From positions 1 to 64,000 of the forward strand of contig JAVECO010000055.1 of assembly GCA_051942205.1 (NCBI GenBank): 64,000 nt of DNA, in the 5' to 3' direction. Positions 57,939 through 64,000 of this stretch are shown piece after piece. The position numbers and the translations under genes were made by a program. Positions within the stretch are counted from its first letter, which is position 1. The number at the start of each line of letters is the position of its first letter. A model generated the notes under the pieces. That model searched no databases, was not told the origin of the DNA, and was given only the letters and a program-made list of their open reading frames with translations. Source of the stretch: Coniocarpon cinnabarinum. Taxonomy: Eukaryota.

Positions 57939-59328
57939 TCACTCCCACGGCCGCCCAATCCACAGCGCCCCTCCACACAACGACCCAAAAAGTACTCCAA
58001 TCACGCCCCGTCCCCGTCTAATGACTCTCCTCTTATCCCCCTCCGCCATGTCCTGTCTCAAAATCCGCACCACGCCTCTCGCCCACGTATAGCTAAGCCC
58101 GCTCCAGACCGTGGTGCCCGCTACGATCCACTGAAACCACCCCACCACATCCTGCAACCTAACACTCTCCCCATCACCCAGCACATCCAGTACCGTACTC
58201 GGCAACGCCTGAATCAAGTAATCAGCCGGGACAAGCGGCAGCGCCGTGGTAGCGCCTATCAACACAAGTTGCAACAGCGTATTCAACTTCGAAACAGGCG
58301 TCGGATGCACGCTCGCGCTCGGCAAGGAGAAGTCCCAATACCGCGCCAGCGTCTTTGGGGAAGGCAAGCTGGCGAAGCGGAAATACACGGCCGCCACCGC
58401 GAGGCTGACGTCGCGTCCCAGGACCAAAACGGCCAGCCACATGGGTAATTGGCCCATGTATGCGAGCGTCGTGGTGAGGCCGATCATCAGCGCTTTATCG
58501 GCCATGGGGTCGAGAATGGAGCCGACGACGGATTCCTGCTTCCAGCGGCGGGCGAGGTAGCCGTCTAGCAGATCGGTGACGGAGGCGTAGGTGAGGAGGG
58601 CGACGGCCGGGACGTGGGAGGAGTGGAGGATGAAGTAGATTAGAGCTGGTGTGGCGAGGAGGCGGGAAAATGTCAGGGCGTTGGGGAGGGTGTAGATGTT
58701 TTCATGGCGGGTTTGGAGGAGGTCGCGGAGTTTGGGGGGTGTGACGGGGGTGGCTTTGAGTGGTTGGGTGGTGTGGGTTGGTGTTTGTGAGGTGGGAGTT
58801 GTGGAGGACTAGGAGAGGCAGAGTCAGCGATGGCAGGGACAGGAGAGTTGTTTCATATCTTCAAGCAAGCGTCATGCTCTGTCCCGAATAGGACGTGTTT
58901 CTTCGTGGTCACGACTCTTCAAAACGCTTTTGGTGCTGACAGTAGCTTTTCATACCGCTCACAGAGATCAACCGGCAAGACGAGGAAATTAGGACCTCCA
59001 CAACCTCGTAGCCAAGAGAAAATCAAAGTTGAAAGTCAAACTACGAATGAACGAAATAACTCACCATCAACATCCCCTTATGCTCCTCATCCCTCCTGAC
59101 CCCGAGTCTCCGGCACTGATGGAAACATCTCGCTTGTAAACCCCACGAATGCCACAGTCTAGCGCTGGTATAATTAGCACGCTCGCTTTTGTGGTGGACA
59201 AGACAGTCTTACTTTGCTTGGCTATGGCTCAGCTGTCGAGATACGACCAATCCTTCAAAGCCATTCGACGCTATCGTTGTTTGTATACGAAACGCGTGAT
59301 TCGGTGAGAAAAGTCCACGGCACGCCAT
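57939..59328 (-). CDS. CRD1: Cardiolipin synthase (CDP-alcohol phosphatidyltransferase); introns 59165-59212 and 58809-59064
   Basis: ENIYTLPNALTFSRL, TDLLDGYLARRW..SVVGSILDPMADK, RDVSL, RYWDFSLPSASVHPT..SKLNT. Upstream exons give a presequence-like MACRGLFS...; the 5' exon model is less certain. Confidence 0.88.
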
Positions 59329-59908
59329 TGCATCATCGTTGCGGGCTCAGCAACGTTCTTTCTTGTTCCTTATGGGCTTCTTAGAGTAGTCTCACGGATC
59401 AGGAGATTGCATGTCATGTTGTGCTCGAGATAACGAGGGACAAGGACAGAGATACGTATAAGACCAGGCGTTATATAAGTAAAGGGGAGCACTTTAAAGA
59501 GCGGTGCCATGATGTTCTGAGGAAGCTTTTATAGTACATGGGACAGGGTTCCATCGTGGAAGGCCTTCAAAAGATGAAAAAGCCGCACGGAGACTACGAA
59601 CGATCTGCCGTGCAGGGACACGTTAAACGCAGAACCTGGCAACAGAGGCTCCCTAAATGATAGTCTAGCATTGGAATAGTCGAGCATAGTATACAAAGGC
59701 CTTCCAAGCCAGCCAGCGCCGCAAAAAGAGTCCCCATCAAGCGTATACTTTTAAAAATGCCTACCTCCACCAGAAGCTCACGGCAGCCTCTAATTGTAGC
59801 CCATACTGCATACATACCACGCACTATATCCCTCACTCGTCTCTTGACGAATCCTTTGTCCCCTACCTCAAATCGAATGTGCATAAGGAGAACTCGATCC
59901 TAACCTGC

Positions 59909-62900
59909 TTAAGCCATGCCGTCGATGATGGCGAGCTTCTCTTTCGCAGTCTTCGCTTTTTTGCTCGTGCCTTTGCGTTTCTTCGGCGGCTCGACTGGAG
60001 TCGCTGTGCCTGACGGCTTATTACTGTCGTCGAAATGTCCCTCACCTGATGTTGTCGTTAGCCCAATCATGTCTTGTTTAGTACCGAGCGAAATCACCAG
60101 TCAGACTCACCTTCATGATACATATCATCCAAACTAATCTCTTTATTCTTCTTCACCGCCTGCTTCTTCTTCCCCTTGGTCGGACCCTCTCTTTCCTCCT
60201 TCTCTTTCAATTCTGCTTCTTTGGCCTCAATAGCTGCTGCTTGATCGTCGTCTGCCAACCACATAGCAATGTCTTTGGTCCTATTCTCACGACTGCGTGC
60301 GTTGAAGTCGACGGTAGCACCTGCACCGCCCTGAATGACGACGCGCTGCACTTCTTCCTTCTGTAGAGCTCGGCGTCGGATACGCTCTTCAATTGTGTTT
60401 CGTGTAATCATGCGATAGACGGTAACTTGTCTGGTCTGTCCAAGACGGTGAGCGCGGTCCATCGCTTGAGAGTCGATGGTAGGGTTCCAGTCTGAATCGT
60501 AGAAAATAACGGTATCAGCTGCTGTCAGGTTAATACCAAGACCGCCTGCACGTGTACTGAGCAGGAAGACGAAGATGTCTGGCTGCGTCTGGAAGTCGGC
60601 GACGGTGTCACGACGATCTTCAAGTTTAGTGCTACCATCGAGTCGGCAATAGCGATAATTGCGGTAGGTCAGGTACTCTTCCATTAGATCGATCATGCGC
60701 GTCATTTGGAAGTAGAGCAAGACACGATGGCCGCCTTCTTTGAGTCTGCCTAGTAGCTGATCAAGCTTAGCGAGCTTGCCGGAGTCTGTAACGAAGCGGC
60801 GCATGCTGGGGCAGGAGATGCTCGTGTAGCGAGCCTTGGCTTTGTTGGGCGCGGGCAGCATGTTGTGCGGAGGATACGATGCCGGATCAAGCTTGTTGTC
60901 GAGAAGAAGGTTTTCTGTCTTTTCGTTGATGCCGAACAGCGCACGTTGGATTGGGACATTGAAGAAGGTCTGCTGTCGATCCTTGTTGGAGCGTTGACTG
61001 GAATAGTACATTTCGACAGGTGGTGCAGATGCAGCTGGTCGCGCTGAAGGCTCGATACAGTCCAGACCGGCATCTTCAAAAGTCTTTGTTGCCACGTTCA
61101 TCAAATCGTGCATATGCCCATCATTAAATGTATCGACAAGAGGTGTCCGCTTTGTCCTGTCGACAATATTGAGCATCGAGTGCCAAGGCTCGTAGTTCTC
61201 CTTATCGTCCTCAAAGATGCCAGGAGCAGGGCGGCTTTGCTGTTCTCTGCGTAATTGCACTGCCTTCTCAAAAGCATCAGCGTGCACGGCGTGTGAAACT
61301 TGACTGGCTGATTTGTTGACGAAGTTGAGCCATGACATGGCGCCATTCTTCTTTGCCACTTCTGTAAGACGATCTGGTGACCAGATGTTTGCCTCATGAA
61401 ACAGAAAACGTTTCCGCCACCCTGCAGCTTCATTGTCAGGGCCAGCAACGTCAAGTCGACCATTATCTCTCCCAACTAGTCTGGGTACCGCGAACTGGAT
61501 ATGATTCCGTACAGAGTACGCAACGTCAACACTGTGGCCTTCTCGCAAGAACGACGCGGTTTCCGCAAAGTACCCAAACGACATGGGAGAGGTGACTTCC
61601 GCACGTTCAAACAAATCTGGATGGTTGCAGACTTTGCGGAATTGCATCACCAAGTTCATGAGAGTTGCTGTATCTTGATCGTCGCCCACTGCAGCCTTTT
61701 CTATAAGCTCCATGATGCTAATCTTGTTGCGAAGATTGGTATAGAAGGCGCGCTGTCGGTATGTAAGGTCACAGAAAACGTCTTCCTCAATCTTGTCACC
61801 AAGCTCTTTTTGGACGTGCTTCTTGATACGACGAAGCATGAACGGCTTCAAGATCATATGTAACCGTTTGAGCTGATCTTCGTTGAGTTTCGTATTGCTC
61901 TGAGCGTGGCTCTCGATGTCCTTTGAAAACCAATCGCTGAATTCATCATGAGAGTCGAAGAGAGATGGCATGATGAAATGGAGGAGCGCCCACAATTCTT
62001 GCATGTTGTTTTGGATGGGCGTGCCTGTCAATAGCAACCGATTGCGGCAGTGAAAGCCTAGCAAGCTCTTCCATCGCGAACTTTGTGATGACTTGATGGC
62101 TTGAGCCTCATCCAGAATCATGTATTGCCACCGAATCTTCTGAAAGTACTGTGTATCTTGAACAACCAATTGGTACGATGTGACGAGCACATGGAACGGT
62201 GAATCTTTGTTGTAGGTGATGTGCTTGCGATCCCAGAACTTTCTCAGCACCTTTCGATCTTTGGCATTGCCCCAGTATGGCAACACTTTGATACCAGGGA
62301 CAAAGCGAGTGATTTCTTGCTGCCAATTGTGCAGTGTGGATGCGGGTGCAATGACGAGGAAAGGCCCCCAGATATTGTGCATCTCCGCTAGGTAGGCCAT
62401 CACAGATATCGACTGCACCGTTTTGCCAAGACCCATTTCGTCAGCAAGGATGCCATTGATGCCTTGCTCGTAGAGGTTAACCAGCCAGTTGAGACCCTTG
62501 AGCTGGTATTCTTTGAGCTGGCATGCCAGCATTCTGGGCTGTGCGATATCCATGCTCTGTAGCGACGTGGGATTTTGAAAGTTCATCTCACCGTCATCAA
62601 ACTCTGACTGGAGCTGACCATCCGTATTGAAAGCCCGAGCGCGGTCTTGCGCCTCCTGGACCGCGTTCTGCGCATTGGCCATTGCGGCCTCCTGCAATGC
62701 TGTCTCGTCCTCATTGTCAAAGTCGAGATCTTCAAAGTTCGTCACCTTGGCGCCTGGCTTGCCGACCTGGTCAGGCAAGTCGACCTTATGCGCCTTCGGA
62801 TCGCCATCTTCTATGACTTGCTTCGAAGCAGCGACTTCGGTGGTCGACTTCTCCATCTCATCCGTCTTGACCTTCTTGCCAATGAAGTGGGAATACAGTT

Positions 62901-64000
62901 CGGTCTGTGAGATCAAGAAGTTCAGCTTTCGCTTCTGTCTGTTGGCTTCACGATCTGCTTCAGCCTTTCTCGCATTCTCCAGTTCCTGCTTCTCAGCGTA
63001 CTTGCGCTGATCCCGCTCTTCACGCTCGTTGCGCTTCCAAAATGACAACATCTCACGCATGCCTCGTTTGCCCCTGGCTTGAGTGTCCTTTTGACTCTTG
63101 TTGGTCTTTTGCTGCCATCGTCGAGCTTCTTTGGAAGCCAATTGTGCAGTCTTCCTAAGATTTGATTGCTTGGTGGTCGTCGAGTAATCTTTGATTCGGT
63201 GCACTTTGGGTATGGCGTTGCGGGCGATGTCTTTCCAGATTTGAGCATAGAGCGAATCGTAAGTCTTGTTGTAGCTCGCGCCTGACTTGCCAACAGGGGA
63301 TGCATCACGAGCTGGGCTGAAGTCGCGAACGTCTCGCTTTGTGGCCACAGGAAGTGGCTCGCCCTTCGGCGCCAGCGGCATGAGATCGTCGCCGCGCTCC
63401 ATGGCGGCGTGAGCGGCGGCAGCAGCATCTTTCTCGGCTTGCTTTTGTTCCTTGCTCTTCTTAGGACGAGGACCACCGGTGCGCTGTTTCTTCTTGGGTG
63501 GCTCCTGAGACTGCTCTTCCATCATCTGGAAACTCCCCATGATACCACCATCAAGGTTCGGACCGAGTGGGGTTGCTTCACGGAGATCACGGTTGGGTAT
63601 TTCGCCGTTGAGGAGTCTCGTGGTGTTGGTGACCTTCTTCTCCGCCTTTTGGGCTTCCTTCATGAACTTCTCCTTTTCTTCTTGGTCGTTCGTCTCTTGA
63701 GCCTTTTGCTGGAAGTCGGCGGCGTCGCGCTCGTGCTTTTGCTTCTGCAACTCACGCCGGCGGTTGCGCTGCTGGACCTTCTTCTTCTCTTTCTCCTCGA
63801 GTACAGACTTCTGGTGGATCTCGTCCGCGACGGCCTTCTCGTTGGCATGCCGGAACTCCTCCTTGGCGATGATTGCACGGTTGCCAAAAGTCATGGCCAG
63901 CTTCTGTGTTTGAGCCATGCGTCGACGCTGTCAGTCGGGTTAGTCTACATCCTGTGTATGTACCATCGGGGGCTTGCAGTAGCTTACCTTGCGCTTCTGA
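59909..64000 (-). CDS. INO80: INO80 chromatin-remodelling ATPase, 5' end outside the window; introns 63928-63987 and 60046-60110
   Basis: DBINO region ([19 protein letters not shown]), [16 protein letters not shown], split SNF2 helicase with insertion, [11 protein letters not shown]; last exon GEGHFDD... Confidence 0.96.

Overview
Eukaryotic window from a filamentous ascomycete (Pezizomycotina, judged from short GT-AG introns with CTRAC branch points and RIP-type mutation). Bases 1-5450 are an extremely AT-rich, RIP-degraded block. Undoing C>T/G>A changes on the minus strand shows a Ty3/Gypsy LTR retrotransposon (gag zinc knuckle, RT, RNase H, integrase zinc finger; candidate LTR 4263-4574) next to a second degraded element. 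From about 5.5 kb the DNA is gene-dense, with about 26 genes. Conserved ones are DLD1, FRG1, an SDR, NPR2, PET100, ECI1, MTQ1, MSO1, SCC4/MAU2, CYC2-like, AIM32/APD1-like, ILS1, CRD1 and INO80 (5' end outside the window). Less ordinary ones are a secreted S41 peptidase with acidic inserts and a 12-Cys tail, an orphan multi-TM protein, a fungal-luciferase-family homologue, a GHKL-ATPase/DUF3684/HEXXH giant protein, a Cys-repeat single-pass protein, and an island of O-methyltransferase, RTA1, arrestin-like, trans-enoyl reductase-like and PTH11-like genes with no backbone enzyme. Exon structures were reconstructed by eye and family assignments come from recalled motifs, not database searches. I found no demonstrably new system; the best leads are listed as findings.
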